From an uncultured Clostridium sp. (GTDB lineage: Bacteria; Bacillota; Clostridia; TANB77; CAG-508), in assembly GCA_947427205.1 (NCBI GenBank), contig CANEHB010000005.1:5289-69288 (forward strand): a stretch of 64,000 nt of DNA, written 5' to 3'. The notes below the pieces were generated by a model. The model saw only the letters and a program-made list of their open reading frames with translations. It was not told the DNA's origin and searched no databases. The translations under genes were made by a program, and so were the position numbers. The first letter of the stretch is position 1. Each line of letters opens with the position of its first letter. This document shows, piece by piece, positions 1-10,441 of the stretch.

Positions 1-661
1 TTAGCAATCTCTTTTTATCTTTAAATATTTTATCTACATTTATTAAACATATAATTAATATTAATGGTATAGTTATTGCAAATGATAACATATGTGAATT
101 AGCTATTCCAAATAATCCTATTGAAATAATCCACCACTTTTTATTTTCATCAAATATTACTTCATATAATCCTGCTATTATTAAAGGTAAAAATATGAAT
201 GTTAAAAGCTCTCCAAGTGCTCCCCTTACATATATATCTGTTAATCTATACAAAGAAAATGTATAAAGAATTGCAGAAAGCCATGCTATCTGCTTTGTCT
301 TAAATATCTTCATTGCTACATAATACATTGATAAAAATGTGAAGAAAGTTATTATAATAATAAATATCTTATATGCTTCTATTAAATCAAATTTAAGAAA
401 ATAAATAAATGCTACTGGTATGTATAAAAATAGTTCAGGATAAAATAACGAATTAGCATATCCTAACCCATTTAAAATTTCTGAATGAATTAATACTGGA
501 AAATTTCCTAAAATTATTTGTTTGCACATTTCATTTATTCTATTTAAATGATAGCCTAAATCATGTGCATATGGAAGTATTTTATTTAAATAAGGATGAC
601 ATGCAAATAATGAAATAGCTAAAACTACTAATATAAATCTTAACCTTTTCAAAATTTGCAT
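1..661 (-). CDS. Polytopic membrane protein. Only the N-terminal 220 codons are present because the 3' end runs off the window. GT-C/YfhO-like membrane glycosyltransferase is only a guess.
   Basis: My own translation from the ATG at 661..659 gives MQILKRLRFILVVLAISLFACHPYLNKILPYAHDLGYHLNRINEM..., followed by several hydrophobic spans. The frame is open to position 1. It is absent from the ORF track because it has no in-window stop. Confidence 0.5.
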   Translation of the reverse strand, partial: MQILKRLRFILVVLAISLFACHPYLNKILPYAHDLGYHLNRINEMCKQIILGNFPVLIHSEILNGLGYANSLFYPELFLYIPVAFIYFLKFDLIEAYKIFIIIITFFTFLSMYYVAMKIFKTKQIAWLSAILYTFSLYRLTDIYVRGALGELLTFIFLPLIIAGLYEVIFDENKKWWIISIGLFGIANSHMLSFAITIPLILIICLINVDKIFKDKKRLL

Positions 662-674
662 ATCTTTTATTTTA

Positions 675-2495
675 TTAATTGAAAAATTCTTCAAATTCTT
701 CACTTGTTATTTTTTCCTTTTCTAATAATCTTTTCGCAACTTGATCTAAAATATCTATATGTTCTACTAAAATCTTTTGTGCGGCTTTATACGCATCATC
801 TATTAATATTTGAATTTGATTTCCAACTTCATCAATAACTTTATCTCCAAATATTTGTAATTCATATGGATCATCTACTTTTAATGAAATTGGCCCTAAT
901 TTATCATCCATTCCATATACTGTAAGCATATCTTTAGCAATTCCAGTAGCAACTTCAATATCATTACTTGCTCCAGTAGAAATTTCATTTAAAGCTATTT
1001 TCTCAGCAGCTCTACCACCCATTAATGCTACCATTTTTTCAAGTAATTCTGTTTTAGATACATAGAATTTATCTTCATTTGTTTTGTACATTGTGTATCC
1101 ACCAGCTAATCCTCTAGGAATAATAGAAATTTCTTTTACATTAGTTTGTGTTGGTAAAAACTTGCTTACTACAGCATGTCCAGCTTCATGATAAGCTGTT
1201 AATTTTTTATCTTTTTCTGATACTACTCTATTTGCTTTTTCTAATCCTACTGTTATTTTTCTAACAGCATTTTCAATATCTAAATTTGTTATTTCTTTAT
1301 GTTTATTTCTTGTTGCTATAATTGCTGCTTCATTTAATACATTAGAAAGTTCAGCTCCTGTAAATCCTGCTGTATCTCCTGCTATGTCTTTAAAATCTAC
1401 ATCTGGTGCAAATTTTTTATTTTTACTATGAAGTTTTAATATACTTTCTCTTCCTAATAAATCTGGTGCTGGTATTGTTATTTGTCTATCAAATCTTCCT
1501 GGTCTTAATAATGCTTTATCTAACATTTCAGGTCTATTAGTTGCTGCTAAAACTATAATTGTTTCATGTGTATCAAAGCCATCCATTTCAACTAATAATT
1601 GATTTAATGTTTGATTATTTTCTGTTTCTGACCCACTGTTACTTGTTCTTCTTGAACCTATTGCATCAATTTCATCTATAAATATAATACATGGTGACAT
1701 TTTTTTAGCTTTTTCAAATAATTTTCTAACTCTTGAAGCTCCAAGTCCTGCAAACATTTCAATAAATTCTGAACCACTCATTGATATAAATGGAACTCCT
1801 GCTTCTCCTGCTATTGCTTTTGCTATTAAAGTTTTTCCTGTTCCTGGTTTTCCATATAAAAGAATTCCTCTTGGAATCTTAGCTCCCATTTTTTGATAAG
1901 ATTCTGGTGTTTTCAAAAAATCCACAATTTCTATTAATTCACCTTTTTCTTCATCTAAACCTGCTATATCATTAAATCTAACTTCAGATTTCTTGCTACC
2001 ATCTTCTCCACCATATACTTTTCCACTATCTCCACCAAGTCCTTGCATTTTGAAAATCATTAACATTAATGCAACCAATAAAATTGTTGGTAGTAAAGAA
2101 AATAATGTATCTGATATTCTTAATATAGGATTTACAGGTTTTTGATTTAAATTAATTTTTATTCCATCTTTATCTACTTTATCCTGTATTAATTCCATAA
2201 ATGCTTGCAAACTTGGAACTATAACTCTTTTTTCTCTATCCTTCTCTTCGCCTTCACCTTTCATTGTAACTTTAATTGTACCACTTCCTGTTGTCATCTC
2301 TATTTTTTCGATTTTTCCTTCATTTATTGAAGTTATTAATTCTGTATAGGCAAGTTCCTTTTCATCTTTTTCTTCTTTAGTGTTAAAATAATATACGGCA
2401 AAAGCTCCTGCTATACATAATAATACTAAAACTATCAATAAAATAGTTTTTAATAATTCATTATTTTTGCCTTTTTGTTTTCCATCCCTTTTCAT
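675..2495 (-). CDS. ftsH: ATP-dependent zinc metalloprotease FtsH
   Basis: N-terminal TM segments, AAA+ Walker A GKPGTGKT, and zinc motif HEAGHA. I prefer the start at ATG 2495, which has a GAAGGAAAG RBS 8 nt upstream. The longer ORF to 2552 would overlap the upstream gene. Confidence 0.95.
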   Translation of the reverse strand: MKRDGKQKGKNNELLKTILLIVLVLLCIAGAFAVYYFNTKEEKDEKELAYTELITSINEGKIEKIEMTTGSGTIKVTMKGEGEEKDREKRVIVPSLQAFMELIQDKVDKDGIKINLNQKPVNPILRISDTLFSLLPTILLVALMLMIFKMQGLGGDSGKVYGGEDGSKKSEVRFNDIAGLDEEKGELIEIVDFLKTPESYQKMGAKIPRGILLYGKPGTGKTLIAKAIAGEAGVPFISMSGSEFIEMFAGLGASRVRKLFEKAKKMSPCIIFIDEIDAIGSRRTSNSGSETENNQTLNQLLVEMDGFDTHETIIVLAATNRPEMLDKALLRPGRFDRQITIPAPDLLGRESILKLHSKNKKFAPDVDFKDIAGDTAGFTGAELSNVLNEAAIIATRNKHKEITNLDIENAVRKITVGLEKANRVVSEKDKKLTAYHEAGHAVVSKFLPTQTNVKEISIIPRGLAGGYTMYKTNEDKFYVSKTELLEKMVALMGGRAAEKIALNEISTGASNDIEVATGIAKDMLTVYGMDDKLGPISLKVDDPYELQIFGDKVIDEVGNQIQILIDDAYKAAQKILVEHIDILDQVAKRLLEKEKITSEEFEEFFN

Positions 2496-2514
2496 AATCA
2501 ACACTTTCCTTCTT

Positions 2515-3522
2515 TTATATTTCTGAACCATCAGGCTCATTATTTTCTTCAATTACTGGAGATTCTTCATCATTAGAATTCTCATCTTTTTCTTCTTTCT
2601 CTTCTGTTTTCTCTTCTTGCTCGTCCATTTCTTTTCTTACTTGCTTTTGTACTTCTATTATTTTCTGTAATTCCTCATTTTGTTTTATTAAATCATATTT
2701 TATCATTAATATGGCTGCAATTATATAAACATATGCAATTAATAAATACATAACATTAAAATATTTTATAACAAATCCTGTTAAAATATATACTATATTA
2801 TATATGCAACTTAATGTTATTGGTAATGTTAATGAATATATTGATAATGCAAACATTGGAGAAAGCTTGAATCTTACCCCACAAAATCTAGCAGCTATAT
2901 ATCCAAAAATGGCTACTATACATAAATATGATAAGTTTGTAATTAAATCAGAAATAGTTAAAACTATAAAATTAGTAGAAAAATATGCTAAAACAATTGA
3001 CCCCATCCCTAAATCATTTATAGTTTTTACTAACTCTTCTTTATTTGTAACTTCTATTCCATAATTTTTTAATAACTCACTATAATTCTCTTCTATTCTA
3101 TTATTTTCATATAAGTATATAACTTTATCTCTTAAAACAATTAATCCTCCATCAGCATCAAATACTTTATTTTCATAATCTTTCAATGTTTCATCATGAA
3201 CATTTTCATCGGTATTTATGAATAATCTAAAATTATAATCACTATCATATGCTTCAACATTTTCTGATGATATCATTTTTTCGTCTTGATAAGTAAATTC
3301 AGGCATTTCATTTTTTATATAGTTAAAAGCTTTATTTATCATCTTATAAAAATCATATCCTGATACCAAAGAGATAACAATAGAAGTTAATATTATTAAT
3401 AAGAAAAAGAACTTAAAAGCTTTTGAACATCTTTCTCCTAAAAACATACCATAATCTTCTAATTTGAATATTGCTATTTTTATTCTTTTAAAAAAACCAA
3501 TTTTCTCATCGTTTGCTTCCAC
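2515..3522 (-). CDS. Membrane protein, DUF1189-like, with an acidic C-terminal tail
   Basis: 335 aa with an N-terminal FFKRIKIAIFK...LGERCSKAFKFFFLL pattern, multiple TM spans and a C-terminal E/D/K-rich tail. GTG start at 3522 with an AGGAGGG RBS, overlapping the alr stop. Confidence 0.5.
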   Translation of the reverse strand: MEANDEKIGFFKRIKIAIFKLEDYGMFLGERCSKAFKFFFLLIILTSIVISLVSGYDFYKMINKAFNYIKNEMPEFTYQDEKMISSENVEAYDSDYNFRLFINTDENVHDETLKDYENKVFDADGGLIVLRDKVIYLYENNRIEENYSELLKNYGIEVTNKEELVKTINDLGMGSIVLAYFSTNFIVLTISDLITNLSYLCIVAIFGYIAARFCGVRFKLSPMFALSIYSLTLPITLSCIYNIVYILTGFVIKYFNVMYLLIAYVYIIAAILMIKYDLIKQNEELQKIIEVQKQVRKEMDEQEEKTEEKEEKDENSNDEESPVIEENNEPDGSEI

Positions 3523-4635
3523 TATAAATATTCCCTCCTAATTCCATCATTTGTTTGTAATGGTGTAATATTTAATGTAACTTCATCTTCAATATTAATA
3601 TCATCACTATCTGTTATATCTACAATTGAATGATACATTCCAATTCTTCCAATTACTTTATAATATTTATCATTTATTTTCACTTTTAATGAATTGTCTT
3701 TAAATATTTTTTTAATTTCCATACCTATTGAAATTAAATTATTTTTCAATGTAAAGTCATCTCTTAATTTGTCTTTATTAAAGCCATCTACATATCCTAC
3801 TGGAATAACAGCTATCTTAGTTATCTTTTTAGTTTTATATATATTTCCATAGCTTACATTATATCCTTTAGGTAAAGTTTTTATTTCTGCTACAATAGAT
3901 TTAAAAGTTCCGATTTTTACTAATCCATCTACTTTCATTAATGTTCTACCTTGAAATGCTGATCCTATTCTTACTGCATCTAACCTCATTTCTGGATACA
4001 TAAAAAAAGCTGTTGACTGTGCAGCATGAATTATTCCTGGATTATAACCTGCATTCTTTACCATCTCTATACATTTTACAAATCTACTAAATTGTGCCCT
4101 TGTCCATTTTTCATTATTAGGTTTTGAAAAATGTGTATACATTCCGTGCTACTTTTACTCTTTTTGCATTTTCAAATATCTGAATTATTGCTTGTATATT
4201 ATCATATAAAATTCCAAATCTCGCAAGTCCTGTATCTATTTTTATATGAACTCTTATTTCTTCTTTTTGCAATTCATCTGCAATTTGTTCAATTAATTCT
4301 ATTTGATAACTACTGCTAACAGTTAGTGTTATATCATTTTCTATTAATAATTGCAATTCATTTTTTGAAACAATAGGTGTTAACATTATAATTTCATTTT
4401 CAATTCCTGCTTCTTTTAATTTTATTGCTTCTTCTAATGTAGCAACTGCTAAAGTATTAATACCATTTTCTATTAAAATTTTTGAATACTTTACTATGTC
4501 TAGCCCAACACCGTTAGCTTTCACAACTGCTATTATTTTTATTTCTCTGCCATTATTTTCATTTTGGCTTGCAATTTTTTTAATTATATCTATATTGTTT
4601 TGTAAATCATTTTTATTTATTTCTAATTTTTTCAT
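3522..4635 (-). CDS. alr: Alanine racemase family (PLP fold type III) protein, split into two ORFs by a +1 frame break at an in-frame CGG codon (4146..4144)
   Basis: ORF 4117..4635 carries the PLP-lysine motif AVVKANGVGLD. ORF 3522..4142 starts at MYTHFS and carries HAAQSTA, DAVRIGSA and VSYG. Skipping nt 4146 joins them as ...RVKVA-G-MYTHF..., giving about 370 aa in total, which is normal Alr length. Confidence 0.8.
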
Positions 4636-4702
4636 TTACTTTCCTTAAAAGAATAATTATAAATTTATGATTTAATATAATCAATTTAAAAGTATAGATT
4701 TA

Positions 4703-5761
4703 TTATTTACTTCCTAATAATTTCTTTTTTAATGTTCTTAGGGATCTAAAAGTCTTTTCTGCTAATTTATATGCTTTATACACCAAAGGTTTATAAGGAA
4801 TATAAATTTCTCCTATAAACTCTGTAAATTCTGCATTAAATCCTTTTTTAAACCTATATAATCCATATTGTGGATGTGATTCATCCACTACTCCTGAAAC
4901 TCCTCTAAAATCATACATTGTACAGCCATTTTTTATAGCTTCCTGAATCATAGTCCATTGTAATAAATAATTTGGCATAAGATTTCTATGTTTATTACTA
5001 CTAGCACCATATAAATACCATGTTTTATTTCCATACATAATTGGTATTATACCAGCTATTGGTTCATTTTCATGATATGCCATTAATAATTTCATATGGT
5101 TTGGTGCAAGTTCATCATACATTTTTTCAAAATAAGATAAAGATCTTATTATAAAGTTATCTCTTTCCCCTGTTTCTACCATTATATTATGAAAATCTTT
5201 TAAATCTTCTTTCGTTCCTTCTTTTACAACGACTCCTTTTTTAGTTGCTAAACGGATATTATATCTTGTTTTTTGATGAAATTCAGCAAATATTTCATCC
5301 TCTGTTTTTCCTTTTAGATTTAATCTAAAAACAAATCTAGGTTGAATTTCATCTTTAAAATCTTTACTGTCATCTTTAATTTTAAAACCTTTTTTAGAAA
5401 TAATTTCTCTAAATTTCTCATCTGTTTTTAAAATATCAGGCTCTACTCTTAAGACAAAAGATTTATATTTTTTTGCAAGTAAATTTGATCCTTCTACTAA
5501 ATCTGATATAACTTCTTCATCATATAAATCACAAATTGGACCTCTTGCTGAATACATTAAATTACCAAAAATAGGAATCTTACGAATCCAAACACATAAA
5601 CTTCCTCTTATATTTCCTTCTTTATCTTCTGATAATATAACTTCCTTTATCCAATTAGTTTTTACATTACCCCATTCAAGAGATTGTTGAAAATTACATC
5701 TATCATGTAATTCTAAGAATTTTTTATAACGCTCTTTATCTTTTTCTTCTAATAATTTCAA
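4703..5761 (-). CDS. FemAB-family peptidoglycan interpeptide-bridge aminoacyltransferase
   Basis: 352 aa with FemAB-like features: N-terminal FLELHDRCNFQQSLEWGNVK and YLYGASSNKHRNLMPNYLLQW. TTG start with a GGAGG RBS. Confidence 0.8.
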   Translation of the reverse strand: MKLLEEKDKERYKKFLELHDRCNFQQSLEWGNVKTNWIKEVILSEDKEGNIRGSLCVWIRKIPIFGNLMYSARGPICDLYDEEVISDLVEGSNLLAKKYKSFVLRVEPDILKTDEKFREIISKKGFKIKDDSKDFKDEIQPRFVFRLNLKGKTEDEIFAEFHQKTRYNIRLATKKGVVVKEGTKEDLKDFHNIMVETGERDNFIIRSLSYFEKMYDELAPNHMKLLMAYHENEPIAGIIPIMYGNKTWYLYGASSNKHRNLMPNYLLQWTMIQEAIKNGCTMYDFRGVSGVVDESHPQYGLYRFKKGFNAEFTEFIGEIYIPYKPLVYKAYKLAEKTFRSLRTLKKKLLGSK

Positions 5762-5892
5762 ATTTTTCCTCCAAATTTATATAATTTTAAAAGTAATCAA
5801 AATTAAGTAATATCAAGTAACTTTAAATTATCTCAAACTATATTATTTAAATATATTCTTAAAAATATTTTTTGTTTAAGTAAGGCTTTAAG

Positions 5893-7275
5893 TTATTTTT
5901 CAACAATTGTTCCTTCTTTACTATCTTTAACAATATATCCTTTTTCTATTAATAAATCTCTAATTCTGTCTGATTCAGACCAATTCTTTTCTTTTCTTGC
6001 TTCATTTCTTTTATTAACTAAGTCTTTAATTTCGTCTGGTAAAATATTTTCTTGCTTTTTATATTCTTTAATATTTAATCCTAGTACTTCATCAAATTTT
6101 AATAAAAGCTCTTGCATTTTTTTTGATTTTTTAGGATTTTTAATAACATCCCAAACTACACTCATTGCTATTGGCATATTTAAATCATCATTGATAGCTT
6201 CTAAAAATTTCTCTTCATAATCTTTTATTTCATCATCTGATATATCATCAAGTCCTTCTCCATGCTTAATATATCCTTCTCTTAATCTATTTAAAGCTAC
6301 TTTTGCTGCATCCATTGCTTCAAATGTAAAATTAATTTGTGCTCTATAATTAGATGTATAATTGAACATTCTATATACTAATGGTTCATATCCTTTTTCT
6401 TGTAAATCTTTTAATGTGTATAAATTATTTAAGCTTTTTGACATTTTACCACCATTTATTTGTAAAAATTCAACATGCATCCAATAATTTGCTGGTATTT
6501 TTCCAGAGAATCCTTGACTTTGAGCTATTTCATTTTCATGATGTATTGGAATATGATCAACTCCACCTGTATGAATATCAAAATTTTCTCCTAAATATTT
6601 ATATCCCATTGCAGAGCATTCTAAGTGCCAACCTGGATAAGATTTTCCAAAAAATGAATCCCATTTCATTATGTGATTTTCTGGTGCTTTTATCCATAAA
6701 GCAAAATCAGATATATTCTTTTTATTTTTATCGAATTCTACTCTTGCTCCTGCTTTTTGTTCTTCTACATTTCTATTAGATAGTATGCCATATTTTTTTA
6801 GTTTTGATGTATCAAAATATACAGTATCTTCAGTTTGATATGTATATCCATTTTCTATAATTTTTTTTACATATTCCTCCATAACATCTATGTGTTCTGT
6901 TGCTCTAGCTATAATTTCTGGCCTATCTATATTTAAACTATCTATATCTTTTAAAAATGCATTCATGTAAAATTCTGCTATTTCAAATGGATCTTTATTT
7001 TCTCTCTTAGCTGCTTTCAACATTTTGTCTTCCCCTTCATCTGCATCTGAAACTAAATGACCTACATCTGTTATGTTCATAACATGTTTTAATTTATAAC
7101 CATTATATTTTAAAACTCTTCTTAAATTGTCCATAAATAAATATGCTCTTAAATTTCCAATATGGGCAAAGTAATATACAGTAGGACCACATGAATATAT
7201 CTTTATCTCTTTTTCATTAATCGGCTTAAACTCTTCTTCTTTTCTTGTTAATGTATTATAAAATTTTATACTCAT
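5893..7275 (-). CDS. cysS: Cysteine--tRNA ligase
   Basis: HIGH-type motif FAHIGNLR, a KMSKS motif and CGPTVY. Start is at ATG 7275, preceded by AAAGGAGGAAAAAGC. Confidence 0.95.
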   Translation of the reverse strand: MSIKFYNTLTRKEEEFKPINEKEIKIYSCGPTVYYFAHIGNLRAYLFMDNLRRVLKYNGYKLKHVMNITDVGHLVSDADEGEDKMLKAAKRENKDPFEIAEFYMNAFLKDIDSLNIDRPEIIARATEHIDVMEEYVKKIIENGYTYQTEDTVYFDTSKLKKYGILSNRNVEEQKAGARVEFDKNKKNISDFALWIKAPENHIMKWDSFFGKSYPGWHLECSAMGYKYLGENFDIHTGGVDHIPIHHENEIAQSQGFSGKIPANYWMHVEFLQINGGKMSKSLNNLYTLKDLQEKGYEPLVYRMFNYTSNYRAQINFTFEAMDAAKVALNRLREGYIKHGEGLDDISDDEIKDYEEKFLEAINDDLNMPIAMSVVWDVIKNPKKSKKMQELLLKFDEVLGLNIKEYKKQENILPDEIKDLVNKRNEARKEKNWSESDRIRDLLIEKGYIVKDSKEGTIVEK

Positions 7276-7383
7276 GCTTTTTCCTCCTTTATAGTAATGT
7301 TTAGGCAAATTTTCTCTGCCTACTTTTATTGGCTTAGGAAATATTTTTACTTTTCCTATTTATCATAATTTAAAATTTATTAA

Positions 7384-10161
7384 TTATGTTGTTGGTGTTG
7401 TTGGATCTGTTGTTGTTGGTGGATCTGTTGGTGTTGTTGGATCCGTTGGTGTTGTTGGATCTGTTGTTGTTGGTGGATCTGTTGGTGTTGTTGGTTCCGT
7501 TGGTGTTGTTGGATTTGTTGGCGTTGTATTTGCTGGTTTATTTGGTGTTGTTGGTGTTCCTGTTGCTGGTATCGATTCTGTTGCAATTGTTTCACCACAA
7601 ACACTACATACTTGATGTCTTGAACCTGCTGTTGTTGCTGTTGCTGCAACGTCTGTAATCCATGCTCCTGCTGTATGAGTATGAACAGCTGGTGTTTCTT
7701 CTACTGGAGTTGGTGGTGTTACTGGTGCTACTGGTGCCGTTGGAACAGCATGTAATGGACATGTACCTTCTGGTGCAGTTTGTGCCATTCCTTCTGTAAC
7801 CCATGGTGCATTTCTTTCATGTTCTGGAATATATCCCATTTGTTCTCTTACACTAGGACAGAAATCTGTAGCAAGTTGCTGTGTATCATTACAAATTCTT
7901 ATTACTCCATGACCTTCACAAGTTTCTGTTAATTTAGTTTCTGCTGTAAATAATTCTGTATATACATCTGCACATCCTGGTCCTGGTAATTTCCCAGAAG
8001 TTCTACATACGGATTGTTTTACAATTCCATCAGGTTCTTGGAATCTAGCTCCCTCTACTCCTGAATGAATTTCTTTCATAACTGCTGCCCATATAGTTCC
8101 TGCTGGATTTTGACCAAATCCTTTTACTTCTTCACTATGTTCATATCCAAACCAACAAGCTGCTGTATAATATGGTGTAAATCCACAAAGCCATCTATCA
8201 TAGTCTCCATTAGTTGTACCAGTTTTTGCTGCTACGTCCATACCTTTTATTGCACAATACGTTGCTGTACCACCATTTCCAACAACTGTTTCTGTTAATA
8301 TATTTTTCTCTATATAAGCATTTTGTTCACTCATTACTCTATTTTGTTCTTGTTTTGGTTCATATACAGTATTTCCTTTATTATCTGTTACTTTTGTATA
8401 ATAAGTTTGTGTTATATAAACACCATCATTTGCTATTGCTGAATAAGCTTTTGCCATATCAGAAGGTGAAATCCCATGATTTAATCCACCTAAAGCTAAA
8501 CTTAATCCTGATTCAGAAAAGTCTGGTAATCCTACACTTTTACAAAAATCAACTGCTGCTTCAATTCCTATATCATTTAAAGCCTTTGCATGAGGAATAT
8601 TAAAAGATTTAGCTATTGCATAACGCATATTTGAATAATCAGAATATCCAGTAGAGTTTCCTGGTCTCCATGCTTTTCCTCCATTTGCTCCTGGCCAAAC
8701 TGTTGCTTGATTATAGTATACTGTTGCTCCTGAAATTTTTCCAGTTATTAATCCTGGTGCAATTACAGATATAGGTTTCATTGAAGAACCTGTCTGTTTA
8801 TCTATTTCAGTAGGTATATTAAAATATCCTAATTTTGTTGTTGCTGTTCTTTCTTCTTTAAGGCCAGTTGCAGTTGCTGCTGCTACTACTTGACCAGTCT
8901 TATGATCTTCTATTACTATTGTTGGCCAAGAAGGTTGTGTTATTTTTTCTTTTTCTCCAGTCTCTTTATTTGTTTTTTGCCAAACTGTTGTCTTATAATA
9001 TTTTTCTTTTACTACTTCAGCTTCAACTATTGCTTGAATATCTGATTTTTGAGTTGTATAAATTTTATATCCACCACTATATAAATTCATTTCTGCCATA
9101 TCTCTACTTAAATCTTCTTGTTCAGCTTGCATCTGATCTAATATTTGATTTATTGCAGCTTCTGTAACATAAGATACATCAGTTGTTACTTTTGATCCTT
9201 CTCCATTTTGGAAATGTAATCCACTATCAACTTCTGAAACTGCTTGATCATATTGCTCATTATTTATATATGATAAATCTTTCATTTTCTTAAGAACTGT
9301 TTTTGTTCTTTTTTTAATTTTTTCATTCATTTCATTTTTCTTTGCTTCATCACCATCATAATTGGCAAATGGCTTATATGAATTTGGTGAATGATTTATT
9401 CCTGCCATATATGCACATTCTGCTATACTTAAATCTTTTGCACTTTTATCAAAATAATATATTGAACCTAATTCAACACCATTAATATCATTTCCTGCTG
9501 TAAATATTAAGTTCAAGTATAATTCTAATATTTGATCTTTTGATAAGTAATGTTCAACTTGAATTGCTTTTGATATTTCTTTAACTTTTCTTAAAGCTCC
9601 AGCAAAAGCTGTTTTTTCTTTGTCTTGAGTGATGTTCTTTATAACCTGTTGCGTTATTGTACTACCACCAAAACTTGATTTTCCACCATGTAATAAATAA
9701 GTAACTGTTGCACGACCTGTTCTAATTACATCTATACCACTATGAGAATAAAATCTTTCATCTTCAATTGCTACATATGCTTTTGGTAAGTATTCAGACA
9801 TTTCTGATAAACTAATACTTTTTCTTTTTGTACCACCACTTAATGTTGCTATTAAATTCCCATCAGCATCATATACTGTAGAATTTTCATATTTAATAAC
9901 TAAACTTTCTTCACTAATTTTTAGTTCTTCTCCAAAAACTCCGAAAAAGGCTCCTACTAAAACTCCTGCTCCAATAATAATTAATAATAAAAATACTATT
10001 AATCCTATTTTTATTGCTTTAGAAGCTTTAGGATGTTTATCTTTAAATTTTAATTTCTTTCCATTTTCATTTTTTGATTTTGAGTTTTTTGCTTTACTTT
10101 TTACTTTTTTATTTAAGTTTGAAGTTCTAACTCTTTTTGTTTCATTATTATCGTTACTCAT
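7384..10161 (-). CDS. Class A (bifunctional glycosyltransferase/transpeptidase) penicillin-binding protein with a Cys-rich and Pro/Thr-rich C-terminal extension
   Basis: GT51 motifs EDERFYSHSGID and GGSTITQQ. Transpeptidase motifs SSMKP (SxxK) and KTGTT. An N-terminal TM anchor is present. The C-terminal ~220 aa are an extension. Confidence 0.95.
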   Translation of the reverse strand: MSNDNNETKRVRTSNLNKKVKSKAKNSKSKNENGKKLKFKDKHPKASKAIKIGLIVFLLLIIIGAGVLVGAFFGVFGEELKISEESLVIKYENSTVYDADGNLIATLSGGTKRKSISLSEMSEYLPKAYVAIEDERFYSHSGIDVIRTGRATVTYLLHGGKSSFGGSTITQQVIKNITQDKEKTAFAGALRKVKEISKAIQVEHYLSKDQILELYLNLIFTAGNDINGVELGSIYYFDKSAKDLSIAECAYMAGINHSPNSYKPFANYDGDEAKKNEMNEKIKKRTKTVLKKMKDLSYINNEQYDQAVSEVDSGLHFQNGEGSKVTTDVSYVTEAAINQILDQMQAEQEDLSRDMAEMNLYSGGYKIYTTQKSDIQAIVEAEVVKEKYYKTTVWQKTNKETGEKEKITQPSWPTIVIEDHKTGQVVAAATATGLKEERTATTKLGYFNIPTEIDKQTGSSMKPISVIAPGLITGKISGATVYYNQATVWPGANGGKAWRPGNSTGYSDYSNMRYAIAKSFNIPHAKALNDIGIEAAVDFCKSVGLPDFSESGLSLALGGLNHGISPSDMAKAYSAIANDGVYITQTYYTKVTDNKGNTVYEPKQEQNRVMSEQNAYIEKNILTETVVGNGGTATYCAIKGMDVAAKTGTTNGDYDRWLCGFTPYYTAACWFGYEHSEEVKGFGQNPAGTIWAAVMKEIHSGVEGARFQEPDGIVKQSVCRTSGKLPGPGCADVYTELFTAETKLTETCEGHGVIRICNDTQQLATDFCPSVREQMGYIPEHERNAPWVTEGMAQTAPEGTCPLHAVPTAPVAPVTPPTPVEETPAVHTHTAGAWITDVAATATTAGSRHQVCSVCGETIATESIPATGTPTTPNKPANTTPTNPTTPTEPTTPTDPPTTTDPTTPTDPTTPTDPPTTTDPTTPTT
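7391..7525 (-). repeat. 54-nt tandem repeat (about 2.5 copies) encoding the TTPTDPPTTTDPTTPTDP tail of the PBP
   Basis: Units 7391..7444 and 7445..7498 differ at one base, and a partial third copy follows. Confidence 0.9.
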
Positions 10162-10441
10162 AAATCCTCCTTAGTTTATTAAAAGTAATTTTAATAAAAG
10201 TTTTCTTTTAAAATAAGTCTATTTTTAAAATTCTAATTAATCACAAAATCTTCCTTTTATCAAAAGTATTATATTACATTTCTGTAAAAAGATAAAGCTT
10301 TTTTTCATTAATTTTTTATTAATTTTTGAGCATAATTTTAAGTAAATTTAATGATATCACTATATCTATAAAAATTAGTAAATTACTAATTTTATAATAC
10401 ATTTTTAGTACCTTTTTATAATTTACTTTATTTCCATTTTT

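Noticed and set aside
2496-2552. A 5' extension of the ftsH ORF (MKKIMSLMVQKYKRRKVLI...) overlapping the upstream gene.
   Set aside because: It has no RBS, whereas the internal ATG at 2495 has a strong one and avoids a 38-nt overlap.
7276-7383. A possible T-box leader upstream of cysS.
   Set aside because: Only 108 nt are available, and there is no GGTGGTACC-type T-box sequence or specifier stem. The region holds only a weak hairpin after the PBP stop.
7380-7804. ORFs 7380..7649 (poly-Q), 7386..7658 (poly-L) and 7604..7804 overlap the PBP tail.
   Set aside because: They are alternative-frame readings of the 54-nt Pro/Thr tandem repeat. The PBP frame is continuous with a well-supported 925-aa protein.
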